DNA of 64,000 bases from a virus. The notes beneath the pieces were generated by a model, which had not been told where the DNA came from, did no database searches, and was given only the letters and a program-made list of their open reading frames with translations. The stretch lies in IMG/VR virus record IMGVR_UViG_3300025383_001098; one strand, 5' to 3'. This document shows, one piece after another, positions 36,651 to 45,530 of the stretch; position 1 is the first letter of the stretch, and every line of letters starts with the position of its first letter. A program made the position numbers and the translations under genes.

Positions 36651-37780
36651 TATGGACGGGACTACTATGCGTACTCTTAGGGAGTATATCCACGAACTCC
36701 GACGCCGCGATCGGGACCATAACGGAACAGGTCAATACCCCTCCTTCGATACAACGGTCGAAGACGACTCTAACTGGGACCAAGGGGACCGGGGTGGAGA
36801 TGCAGGACAGCATCAACACAACAAAGGGTAAGGTTGGTATTGTATTTGCTGATGATACTAAGGTACAGGTAAATGAAAATTCTAAGCTGGTCATTGATGA
36901 GTTCGTATATGATCCAAAAAATAAAGACGCTGGTAAGCTGGCTCTTAACATGGCTTCTGGGACTGTTAGATATGCTTCTGGGGCAATCGCCCACAACAAT
37001 CCTAATAAGGTCGCTATCAATACTCCTACTGCTACTGTGGCTGTTAGAGGCACTGATTTTACTGCCACGGTCGACGAATTAGGCGAATCAACTGTAATTT
37101 TATTACCATCATGTCCACGCAAAGACATGATGCCGGACGAAATAGAACGCCTGTGCAAGACTGGAAAGATAGATGTCATCAACGATGCCGGCACAGTCAC
37201 CCTGGACCAACCATTCCAAGGCACCAAGGTAACAGCACGTAACGTACCTCCAACTCGTCCTGCTGTACTACGCCTAAATGAAGATGGCATCAGCAACATC
37301 TTGATCCTTGCACCTCCCCAGGAAATCAAAAACGCTCTACGCCAACGTGAAGAAGAAAAGCAAATGGCGGTGTCAGCACTCAGCCAAAACTTCCTACAGG
37401 GTGTTGACCTTGGTAGCGTACTTGCTGCACAAAACGCTACCTTTATGAGTAACGCATTACAACGTAACTTCTTAGATCAAGACTTTTTAGCAAACATATT
37501 AACATTATTGAATGAACAGTTGGCACAGGAATTTGGTAACTTATTAGCACCAAAGACCAATGGTATATTGCCAGACTACAAAGCCAGCACTGGTGTGGTA
37601 GCTACAGTTGATCCTATTAATGTTACATTATGTCGAACAGATTCTGGTAATAATACAAGTTGTATTATGACGCCACATGGACAGAATTCAACTGTTACAC
37701 AAACACAAAGCGAAAACGTTGCCATTAAAAATCGTATTAATCAAGGTGGCAACACTATTATAAACATAAAGCAGAACTAA
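36623..37780 (+). CDS. exported FecR-domain protein with curlin-like C-terminus
   Basis: DSINTTKGKVGIVFADDTKVQVNENSKLVID, INTPTATVAVRGTDF; ends NSTVTQTQ...NQGGNTIINIKQN. Confidence 0.85.
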   Translation: MPLVYKGRLIWTGLLCVLLGSISTNSDAAIGTITEQVNTPPSIQRSKTTLTGTKGTGVEMQDSINTTKGKVGIVFADDTKVQVNENSKLVIDEFVYDPKNKDAGKLALNMASGTVRYASGAIAHNNPNKVAINTPTATVAVRGTDFTATVDELGESTVILLPSCPRKDMMPDEIERLCKTGKIDVINDAGTVTLDQPFQGTKVTARNVPPTRPAVLRLNEDGISNILILAPPQEIKNALRQREEEKQMAVSALSQNFLQGVDLGSVLAAQNATFMSNALQRNFLDQDFLANILTLLNEQLAQEFGNLLAPKTNGILPDYKASTGVVATVDPINVTLCRTDSGNNTSCIMTPHGQNSTVTQTQSENVAIKNRINQGGNTIINIKQN

Positions 37781-39255
37781 TGAAACGCATATTAATTATA
37801 TTCTTTCTGCTAATCACAATTGGTCTTGGTGTTCACAGTCAAGACGTAGATGCCAGCGGAGTAGCCGGATGGAACTATACCACCTACTATGGTGGCGGAG
37901 CAAGTCCAAGTATTACCAACAGAACTGTAGATACTACAGGTGTAACCACATCAATCAACTACAACTGGGGCGGCGGATTAGTATTAGATAGTGGTTTATA
38001 TGACGGAGTTATCATACACTTTCAAGGATACTTGCGAGCACCTATCACAGGTACCTATCAATTTGGAGTGGCCAGCGATGATGGCAATCAGCTGACTATC
38101 AACAATACTGTGATAACAGCCTGTTGGTGCGAACAAGGTACTACATTTAGATCGGGCAGTATCTATCTCACAGCCGGACAAATAGTACCAGCGGATATTT
38201 GGTATTATGAAAACGGTGGAGGTGCCGCTGTACAGTTTTATTGGTATACCAATGGATCGTGGCAAATAGTACCTACATCAATGATGGCCACGTCAGCCAG
38301 CTACTGGGGACCAAGTATAACTGGCACAGGCACCGGAACAGTTACTACAACAAGTACAAGTGGATCAATCACATCAACATATAGCCAACCAGTGACCATT
38401 ACGTATTACAGTGACGGAACACAAACTACTGCCAACAACGGAGTAGCCACATTGATCAGTACCACTGATACTGGTGGGTCGTTGACTATCACCGCTACAC
38501 AACAACAAATGGTCAACACCGTTGCGTCAAGAATGCCCGGCTTAGGTGATAACAGCATCTACATAACGCAGACTGGTAATAGCGATACAATTAACATTAC
38601 ACAAAAAGGCGCCGGAAATAAAATAGATGGTGCCACAAGTACAGCCAATGGGCCAGGGTACACTACAGCCGCTCCTATTACTGGAGGCGGGAATCACATT
38701 ACGGTGCGGCAACAATCAAACAACAATTTGATTGATCTTGCGGCTTTAGGTGGTAATAATACCCTTAATTTAAATCAAGGTACAGATGCTAACGGAAACT
38801 CAACTGGCTTAGACACCGGCGGACACTATCAATTTGACTATGTTAATGGTGCAGGTAACACGCTGACTGTAGTACAAGAAAACACCGGCCTTAATGCTGG
38901 ACAATTTAGTAGCGTGGCCATAGTTGGAAACTTAAACACCGTAGGGATTACACAAACTGGCACAGCTCGTAATCAGTTGTTTGCTACAGTATCAGGCAAT
39001 AGTAACTCAATAACTACAAGCCAAACAGGAACCAGTGCAGGTTATATTAACATTAATGCAACTGGTAATGGTAACTCTGCGGTAGTGAATCAATCAAACA
39101 CTGGAGCCAGTGGCACTAATAATGCTTCGATAACATTAATCAATAATGGATCTCCGGCCAGTGTAAATTTAACACAAACTGGTGGACAGAATTATTCAGT
39201 AACACAATCATGCGCCACTGCCTGTGGAACTGTAACAGTAAGACAAGGAAATTAA
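37780..39255 (+). CDS. PA14-domain + curlin-repeat protein
   Basis: PA14 INYNWGGG, FQGYLRAPITGTYQFGVASDDG, WYYENGGGA; then repeats NSIYITQTGNSDTINITQKG etc. Confidence 0.85.
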   Translation: MKRILIIFFLLITIGLGVHSQDVDASGVAGWNYTTYYGGGASPSITNRTVDTTGVTTSINYNWGGGLVLDSGLYDGVIIHFQGYLRAPITGTYQFGVASDDGNQLTINNTVITACWCEQGTTFRSGSIYLTAGQIVPADIWYYENGGGAAVQFYWYTNGSWQIVPTSMMATSASYWGPSITGTGTGTVTTTSTSGSITSTYSQPVTITYYSDGTQTTANNGVATLISTTDTGGSLTITATQQQMVNTVASRMPGLGDNSIYITQTGNSDTINITQKGAGNKIDGATSTANGPGYTTAAPITGGGNHITVRQQSNNNLIDLAALGGNNTLNLNQGTDANGNSTGLDTGGHYQFDYVNGAGNTLTVVQENTGLNAGQFSSVAIVGNLNTVGITQTGTARNQLFATVSGNSNSITTSQTGTSAGYININATGNGNSAVVNQSNTGASGTNNASITLINNGSPASVNLTQTGGQNYSVTQSCATACGTVTVRQGN

Positions 39256-39260
39256 TTAAT

Positions 39261-39449
39261 ATGATATCATTTAAAATGAGTAAATGGGTACGCTTAGATG
39301 AAGCAGATGACATTAGTCTATACGTACAAAAAATTGGTGGCTACTACGAAGTACACAGACATGACATTGAATTCTATGTACCAGTTGAATACAGAGATTT
39401 TATGTTAATTAAATATCCGTTGTTAGACGAGGTGGCTTATGTTTATTAA
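39261..39449 (+). CDS. small hypothetical protein
   Basis: AAGGA SD; IEFYVP motif. Confidence 0.55.
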   Translation: MISFKMSKWVRLDEADDISLYVQKIGGYYEVHRHDIEFYVPVEYRDFMLIKYPLLDEVAYVY

Positions 39450-39633
39450 ACTATTGGTACAAATTGCTGGCGGACTATTTGGATTCTTTGTTGCCTATCT
39501 AATGTATCGTATTGTCGAACGACCATACGAACGTAGCACAGAGGAAGCTCGAATCAAGTACGAAGCAGAGATGGCAGAAATACGCCGACGGAAAGAACAA
39601 CTGCATCGCAATAAAAAGTCAATTTTTAATTGA
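39439..39633 (+). CDS. small single-TM protein
   Basis: GAGGTG SD; hydrophobic N-terminus. Confidence 0.55.
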   Translation: MFIKLLVQIAGGLFGFFVAYLMYRIVERPYERSTEEARIKYEAEMAEIRRRKEQLHRNKKSIFN

Positions 39634-39642
39634 TAAATAAAA

Positions 39643-39709
39643 GTGCGGGCACAAGATAAGGTGTCGCTGGAATCCGTAACCAGTGCTAAAGGACCGAAAG
39701 GTCCTTTTT
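39643..39709 (+). ncRNA. candidate small structured RNA
   Basis: Lies between TAAATA (39634-39639) and a GAAA-loop terminator; two short stems and a possible UGCGGG/UCCGUA pseudoknot; no ORF. Confidence 0.35.
39688..39709 (+). terminator. intrinsic terminator
   Basis: AAAGGACC-GAAA-GGTCCTTTTT. Confidence 0.85.
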
Positions 39710-39728
39710 CTTTGTCACAATTTTCTGG

Positions 39729-39757
39729 TTGACACGTAATAAATACTATGTTACAGT
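39729..39757 (+). promoter_or_regulatory. sigma70-type promoter
   Basis: TTGACA-17-TACAGT with TGn extension. Confidence 0.55.
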
Positions 39758-39787
39758 TATATTACAGTAACCGGAAAGGAGTAAGCT

Positions 39788-39946
39788 ATGAAACAAAGCA
39801 AATTAGTGCGTAAAGTGTATCAGGCTTGCTTCGACCACGATGCCGAGAAACAGCTGGAACTTCGCAAGAAGGAATACGCTAAAATCTTGAAACACAAGGC
39901 CGAAGGCAAACCATTTGACACAAAATGGACAGTAGTACAGATTTAA
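39788..39946 (+). CDS. small basic protein (52 aa, not in ORF track)
   Basis: AAGGAG SD; [18 protein letters not shown]... Confidence 0.65.
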   Translation: MKQSKLVRKVYQACFDHDAEKQLELRKKEYAKILKHKAEGKPFDTKWTVVQI

Positions 39947-39958
39947 CAAAATTGTAAT
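39941..39958 (+). promoter_or_regulatory. Pho-box-like direct repeat
   Basis: ATTTAAC-AAAA-TTGTAAT (11-nt period) upstream of the plcP-like gene. Confidence 0.4.
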
Positions 39959-39991
39959 ACTTCAACTACCCATTGGGCGGTAAATACGTAT

Positions 39992-40768
39992 ATGGAACGT
40001 ACTTACCGCTCAATTTTTGTATCCGACATACACTTTGGCACCAGAGACTGTAAGGCCGACGAACTCAATAATTTTCTTAAACACAACACTTGTGAGACTC
40101 TTTACTTAGTAGGCGACATCATTGACGCTTGGAAGATTCAACAAAACAAGTGGCGGTGGAAACAGAGCCATACCAATGCTATCAGACGTATATTAGGTCA
40201 CGCCAAACGTGGAACTCGAGTAGTGTATATAGCTGGCAACCATGACGAATTCCTTCGTCCACTGATACCATATGGTATGGGATTTGGTCGCGTGGAAATA
40301 GTAAATCAAACAGAACACACAGGCGTAGATGGTCGGACATACTTAGTTACACACGGAGATTTGTTTGACGGCATTACACGATTAGCACCGTGGCTAAGTT
40401 TCTTAGGTGATAAATTATATGATTTTGTGCTTGATCTTAATAGTCGTTTTAATTGGCTACGACATCGTCTGGGCTTTGGTTATTGGAGTCTGTCTAAGTT
40501 TCTTAAACATAGGGTCAAAAAGGCCGCCGACTTCATGTTCCAGTTCGAACGAAACTTAGCTGCTTATTGTAAGAAGCGTGGGTTTGATGGTGTTATATGT
40601 GGACATATACATCACGCTGAAATCAAAGAAATTGATGGTGTTGCGTATATGAATGACGGAGATTGGGTCGAGTCAATGACAGCCTTAGTTGAACATCATG
40701 ATGGCCGGTGGGAGATAGTAACCTGGACTCGAGCAAATGACCAAGACAATATTAGTAATAACAGATAA
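39992..40768 (+). CDS. plcP: PlcP-type phospholipase C (LpxH-like metallophosphoesterase)
   Basis: YRSIFVSDIHFGTRDC, LYLVGDIID, GNHDEFLR, HGDLFD, YWSLS, CGHIH, NDGDWVES; paired with GT4. Confidence 0.8.
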   Translation: MERTYRSIFVSDIHFGTRDCKADELNNFLKHNTCETLYLVGDIIDAWKIQQNKWRWKQSHTNAIRRILGHAKRGTRVVYIAGNHDEFLRPLIPYGMGFGRVEIVNQTEHTGVDGRTYLVTHGDLFDGITRLAPWLSFLGDKLYDFVLDLNSRFNWLRHRLGFGYWSLSKFLKHRVKKAADFMFQFERNLAAYCKKRGFDGVICGHIHHAEIKEIDGVAYMNDGDWVESMTALVEHHDGRWEIVTWTRANDQDNISNNR

Positions 40769-41735
40769 TGTTCCAGACCAAATCAATGGAGTGGTCACAA
40801 CTTTCAAGAACTTGGAAGATTGTGCTCGCAGTGACGGGTATCGTGTTGTTTATTGTGATCCCGGGCAGTTCCCTAATTTTGCTTGCCCTGGCTATCCTGA
40901 AGTTCGCCTCTGTTGGCCGCACGGTATCAGTAAAAAAATTAAAGCGATACAGCCAGATTTTATACACATCGCTACGGAAGGGCCTGTAGGCCTATTTGCA
41001 AGGTGGTGGTGTGAGCGCAATCATATTCCTTATAATACTTCTTATCATACTGATTTCCCCGAGTTCTTAAAGACAATGTATGGGGTACCTAAGTCGTTGA
41101 CCTATTGGTACTTGCGTTGGTTTCATAAGAACAGTCATCGAGTATTAGTTACTACAAAGACCATAGAAGCGGATTTAGCCTCGCACGGTTTTACAAATAT
41201 GGTTATATGGACTCGTGGTGTTCGCAGAGACATAGAGCCCAGCGTTCCTTGGTGCGAAAATCGTTCAAAACCAATGTTACTTAATGTAGGTCGTGTCAGC
41301 GCCGAAAAAGGTCTATCAAATTTAGTAGAATTTGACCCAACCGAATATACCGTGGTTGTTGTAGGTGAAGGTCCATATATGAGTCGTGCCAGAGAGCTAC
41401 TACCTGATGCCAAATTTGTAGGATATAAATCTGGGCAAGAATTGGTAGATTATTACAATCAAGCAGATGTATTTGTTTTCCCCAGCCAAGCAGATACGTT
41501 TGGATTAGTTATTATAGAAGCAATGGCACAGGGTTGTCCTGTAGCAGCATTTCCTGTACAAGGTCCTATAGATATCATAGAACAAGGTGTAAATGGTTAC
41601 ATGGATTGGGATTTGGAATTGGCAGTTAAACAATGTTTGACATTAGATAGAGATCAAGTTAAAATATCAAGTGAGCGTTGGACTTGGTCCGAATGCTGGC
41701 GTATATTTCGAGAAAATTTAGCAGAAATCAAGTAG
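40737..41735 (+). CDS. GT4 glycosyltransferase (Agt-like glycolipid synthase)
   Basis: ITDNVPDQINGVVTT, IHIATEGPVG, TSYHTDFPE, VGRVSAEK, FPSQADTFGLVIIEAMA. Confidence 0.9.
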   Translation: MTKTILVITDNVPDQINGVVTTFKNLEDCARSDGYRVVYCDPGQFPNFACPGYPEVRLCWPHGISKKIKAIQPDFIHIATEGPVGLFARWWCERNHIPYNTSYHTDFPEFLKTMYGVPKSLTYWYLRWFHKNSHRVLVTTKTIEADLASHGFTNMVIWTRGVRRDIEPSVPWCENRSKPMLLNVGRVSAEKGLSNLVEFDPTEYTVVVVGEGPYMSRARELLPDAKFVGYKSGQELVDYYNQADVFVFPSQADTFGLVIIEAMAQGCPVAAFPVQGPIDIIEQGVNGYMDWDLELAVKQCLTLDRDQVKISSERWTWSECWRIFRENLAEIK

Positions 41736-41749
41736 TAAAAGGAAGTAAC

Positions 41750-41902
41750 ATGTTTGTATTAGAATACCTGGCGATAGGTTTTATAACAGTCTTTGGGTGG
41801 AATTCAGGACAGGCAGTTTGGGATAAGTATGTAGACATACCCCAGGCAGAACAGTCTCAAAAGTCAACCGGTAGTAAGAATGACACAAGAAGCAAAATCT
41901 AA
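41750..41902 (+). CDS. small membrane protein
   Basis: AAGGA SD before ATG 41750. Confidence 0.5.
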   Translation: MFVLEYLAIGFITVFGWNSGQAVWDKYVDIPQAEQSQKSTGSKNDTRSKI

Positions 41903-42002
41903 AACGTGGTTAGACAAGTTTGAAAGAGTAGTAGATAACATACTGCGTATACTATGGTTGATATTATTAATTGGATGGATAGTTAATAATCATCAATTAT
42001 GA
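41880..42002 (+). CDS. small membrane protein (40 aa, not in ORF track)
   Basis: MTQEAKSKTWLDKFERVVDNILRILWLILLIGWIV; ATGA overlap with the next gene. Confidence 0.45.
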   Translation: MTQEAKSKTWLDKFERVVDNILRILWLILLIGWIVNNHQL

Positions 42003-42646
42003 AAACCATTGCCTTATTCATAGCCGATCCCAAATGCTCAGTACAAAGTGCAAACGGTATCATGCAAGCACTGGGAAATAATTTCCGTTACAAGATATTC
42101 AGTAAAAATGCCTTAGAGGACAGTTTCTTTGATTCTGTTGATCTAATTGTGGTACCCGGCGGCTTTGGCGATGCTGATAGTTTTGATACCCTGTTCAAAT
42201 ATAATAAAACCCGTGTTAAAGAATTTATAAAAAGTGGTGGCCAGTACCTGGGAATTTGTATGGGTGCGTATTGGGCAGGCCAACATTACTTTGATATATT
42301 AGACCAAGTGGATGTTGTGCAGTACATAACACACCCCAGTACTTGTACACGTAGGCCACACGCTAAAAATATTGCCACTGAGTGGTACGGTGGGCACTAT
42401 CAAGACATGTTCTTTTACGATGGGCCTACCTTTGTCGGGCCAGGCAATTATCGTACTATAGCCACATACGCCACAACTGGGTTGCCCATGGCCATACAGC
42501 AAGGCAACATAGCGTTAATTGGGTGCCATCCCGAAAGCGAGCAATTTTGGTATGACAATTATAGCTGGATGAAAGGCAAATACCATAACGGCCAACATCA
42601 CGAAATATTAAAGGACTTTGTAGAAGAACTCATAATAAATACTTGA
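41999..42646 (+). CDS. BPL-N / class I glutamine-amidotransferase-like protein
   Basis: VPGG, YLGICMGAY, FYDGP, GCHPE (Cys-His-Glu triad). Confidence 0.8.
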   Translation: MKTIALFIADPKCSVQSANGIMQALGNNFRYKIFSKNALEDSFFDSVDLIVVPGGFGDADSFDTLFKYNKTRVKEFIKSGGQYLGICMGAYWAGQHYFDILDQVDVVQYITHPSTCTRRPHAKNIATEWYGGHYQDMFFYDGPTFVGPGNYRTIATYATTGLPMAIQQGNIALIGCHPESEQFWYDNYSWMKGKYHNGQHHEILKDFVEELIINT

Positions 42647-44697
42647 TGTTCAAAAAAATATTAACCAGTCCATGGACGGCATTATTAACATTAGCACTTG
42701 TTCTAAGTATAAGAATTGCAGATCCTACATTTATAGAAAGCGTAAGACTACGTTATTTTGATACTTTAGTAACAAGTCGAGCACCAGAAACAATTGGTGT
42801 AAGTGTAGTAAACATTGATGAAAAAGCCCTGGAAAAATATGGGCAATTCCCTTTTTCAAGAGACATATATGGAAAAATTATTAGCGATTTGTACCGTCGC
42901 AATGCGGGCCTTGTTGTATTTAATATTCTCACTCCTGATCGTGATCGCCTTGGTCGAGATGCGGATTATATAGCCTCACTACGCCAATACCCAACGATCC
43001 TGCCCAGTGTAGGTAGCACACAAACTCGTAACACGCCGAGAGCACCGGGATCAGTAGTAATTGGTCCATACGGCTTAGATACATTTGTAACATACCCTGG
43101 ACTTATTGCCAACATACCCGGTGTTGAATCGGCAGCTGCAGGTGTTGGTATTACTAACACACTTCCTGAAGTTGATGGAGTCGTACGTCGTATGCCGTTG
43201 GTGGTTGCCTATAATGGCAAACTATATCCAAGCCTGGCAATGGAAACACTTCGTGTTGCTGGTGCAGACTCAACTGTACAGATCAAGGTAAATGAGAATG
43301 GCGTTGAGAAAATGCGTATTCCCAAGTTTGGTCCTGTTACTACAGATAGTTTATCACGAATCTGGATTGACTGGTCATTGGTTCCAGAACATTATAGTTT
43401 AACTGATTTACCTCAAGATTTTGATGGTGATATAGTTATTGTTGGAGTATCAGCGCAGGGACTTGCTAATCCTGTTGCTACAAGTCGAGGCGAAATATTG
43501 CCACAAGATTTACAAGCAAGTGTACTGGGTACTGTAATTGCCAATCGAGATCGACCTGTTATTACCAGACCTGATTGGGCCGAAGGCGGAGAAGTAATTC
43601 TGTTAGCTGTTATTGGTGTTCTATTAATCTTTTTGTCAAGGTGGACTTATGTTGGACTTCTTAGTGCAGTTGTTATTATTGGTGGTAGTATTCCCCTTTC
43701 TAATTATTTGTATTCGGCTAATGCTTGGCTTGTCGACATTACTGGTTTGGTTGGTGGGCTTGTTCTTGTTGCTCTCCATGTTTACGGGGTCAAATTTGTA
43801 AGTGAGTTCTTACAAAAGCAAGCAATTAAGAAACAGTTTGCTGGCTATTGCAGTAAAGAAGTAGTAGAGATGCTACAAAAAGATCCAGACCTAATCAAGC
43901 GTGGTGTACGTAAAGACGTGTCAGTTATGTTCTCAGACTTGCGTGGGTTTACACCTATTGGTGAACACTATGGTGATGATGTTGCTGGCTTAGGCAAGTA
44001 CATGAACGGCTACATGGATGCTATCAGTCAACCTATGTTAGACAACAAAGGTATGATTATTAAGTATGTAGGTGACGCATCGATGCACATACACGGTGCT
44101 CCTATTGAAGACCCTAACCATGCTCATACTATCGTTAAAGTTGGTTTAGAGATGTTAGATGCGGTAGACGAGTATACCAAGATTATGGAAGCACAGGGCC
44201 TGCCTCCTGCCGCAATGGGTTGGGGCTGTAACTCAGGTATTGGCTTTATTGGTGAGATGGGGTCAACTGACCGTCACAGCTATGACATCTTAGGCGACAT
44301 GGTAAGCACAGCCGCACGTTTAGAAGCTCGTTGTAAGGCTTATGGTGTGCTATGTATCATCGGTGCTGAAACTTACAATCGTACTAAAGACGACTTTTTC
44401 TACTTGTTGTTAGATAACTTACAGCCTAAAGGTAAAACTGTAGCTGACTTGATTTATACAGCACTACGTACACGTGGTGTTGATTACACAAAAGATCGAG
44501 AGCAACACGAAGCGATGCATGCCTTATATCGAGCTAAAAAGTTTGATGAAGCAGCCGCAATGTGTAAAAAGTTAGTGGGAAATTTTGGTGGGCAAATGGA
44601 TAAGTATTACAAGATCTGGATCGAACGTTGTGAGTTTATGAAACAACAAGATTTACCAGACAATTGGAATGGCGAATTCATAGCTCACGAAAAATGA
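42646..44697 (+). CDS. CHASE2-domain membrane adenylate/guanylate cyclase (class III)
   Basis: TM; CHASE2 (VVNIDEKALEKYGQFPFSR, DGVVRRMPL); 3 TM; cyclase MFSDLRGFT, IKYVGDA, YDILGDMVSTAARLE. Confidence 0.93.
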   Translation: MFKKILTSPWTALLTLALVLSIRIADPTFIESVRLRYFDTLVTSRAPETIGVSVVNIDEKALEKYGQFPFSRDIYGKIISDLYRRNAGLVVFNILTPDRDRLGRDADYIASLRQYPTILPSVGSTQTRNTPRAPGSVVIGPYGLDTFVTYPGLIANIPGVESAAAGVGITNTLPEVDGVVRRMPLVVAYNGKLYPSLAMETLRVAGADSTVQIKVNENGVEKMRIPKFGPVTTDSLSRIWIDWSLVPEHYSLTDLPQDFDGDIVIVGVSAQGLANPVATSRGEILPQDLQASVLGTVIANRDRPVITRPDWAEGGEVILLAVIGVLLIFLSRWTYVGLLSAVVIIGGSIPLSNYLYSANAWLVDITGLVGGLVLVALHVYGVKFVSEFLQKQAIKKQFAGYCSKEVVEMLQKDPDLIKRGVRKDVSVMFSDLRGFTPIGEHYGDDVAGLGKYMNGYMDAISQPMLDNKGMIIKYVGDASMHIHGAPIEDPNHAHTIVKVGLEMLDAVDEYTKIMEAQGLPPAAMGWGCNSGIGFIGEMGSTDRHSYDILGDMVSTAARLEARCKAYGVLCIIGAETYNRTKDDFFYLLLDNLQPKGKTVADLIYTALRTRGVDYTKDREQHEAMHALYRAKKFDEAAAMCKKLVGNFGGQMDKYYKIWIERCEFMKQQDLPDNWNGEFIAHEK

Positions 44698-44861
44698 TCA
44701 TTGATAAGTTAATTGACACGTATGTATGGTGGTTTTTGCAGATATATTTTTTGCCATATCGTTTGCCCGAGTACGGCACAGAAGTAGACAAGTGGGTTAG
44801 TACGTTCAGTCTAAACGGTGTCAAGAGCTCGAACCTTTGCAAGCCCGAAGCGTCTAAGTAG
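44694..44861 (+). CDS. possible small membrane peptide
   Basis: ATGA overlap with the cyclase stop; YVWWFLQIYFLPY; overlaps the desaturase 3' end. Confidence 0.3.
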   Translation: MIIDKLIDTYVWWFLQIYFLPYRLPEYGTEVDKWVSTFSLNGVKSSNLCKPEASK

Positions 44862-45524
44862 TTGTATATACGTCCAACCTAAATCCCACTCCCACGGTTT
44901 CATTGATAATTTAGCACTGGCAGGATCTGCATGGTGATTGTTGTGTAGTTCTTCGCCGCCAATAAAGAATGCCCAGGGTACAATGTTAGTTGAGTAGTCA
45001 TTGGTCTTAGTATTGCGATAACCCCACCAATGCCCGAAGCCGTTAATAACACCTGCGGCCCATAAGGGAATCCAAATCATTTGCCATAGCCAAGGCAACC
45101 AACCCCAAGCCCAGCCAAATATAGCAGAATTAATAAAAAACATTAACACAATGCCTGCAAAGTTAAATGGTGTGTAGATATGCTTTTCAACCCAATCATC
45201 GGGTGTACCTACTCCGTACTGTTCAACCATTTGACGATCTTTAGCGGCATCGGCATAGTAAAATGCACCACCTAAGAATATTTGCCAGATACCGTATACA
45301 CGTGGGCTATGAGGATCACCTTCTCCGTCGGTAAATCTGTGATGTTTACGATGTATAGCCACCCATTGCTTGGTAACCATACCAGTTGTTAACCACAACC
45401 AAAAACGCATAAAGTGTTCTATATAAGGATGAAATGTAACTGAACGATGTGCTTGACTACGATGTAAGTAAAGGGTAACGCAGGCAATGGTGATGTGAGT
45501 CATCACCAGGATGTATATTAACAT
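44811..45524 (-). CDS. membrane acyl-CoA/fatty acid desaturase (DesA/delta9-like)
   Basis: His boxes HRSQAH, HRKHH, HNNHH; GDPHSP; GHWWGYRN. Confidence 0.93.
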   Translation of the reverse strand: MLIYILVMTHITIACVTLYLHRSQAHRSVTFHPYIEHFMRFWLWLTTGMVTKQWVAIHRKHHRFTDGEGDPHSPRVYGIWQIFLGGAFYYADAAKDRQMVEQYGVGTPDDWVEKHIYTPFNFAGIVLMFFINSAIFGWAWGWLPWLWQMIWIPLWAAGVINGFGHWWGYRNTKTNDYSTNIVPWAFFIGGEELHNNHHADPASAKLSMKPWEWDLGWTYIQLLRRFGLAKVRALDTV

Positions 45525-45530
45525 TGCGAA

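Noticed and set aside
36634-37329. 231-aa minus-strand ORF, and the many other antisense or alternative-frame ORFs in the track
   Set aside because: They lie wholly within well-supported genes and have no SD or recognisable motifs
39992-40768. Lipid A enzyme LpxH
   Set aside because: Same fold, but the GNHDE and YWSLS motifs and coupling to GT4 fit the PlcP subfamily better; phylogeny is needed to be sure
42646-44697. Pycsar-type anti-phage cyclase
   Set aside because: The architecture is a CHASE2 receptor cyclase with purine-type specificity residues, and no adjacent cNMP-binding effector is seen
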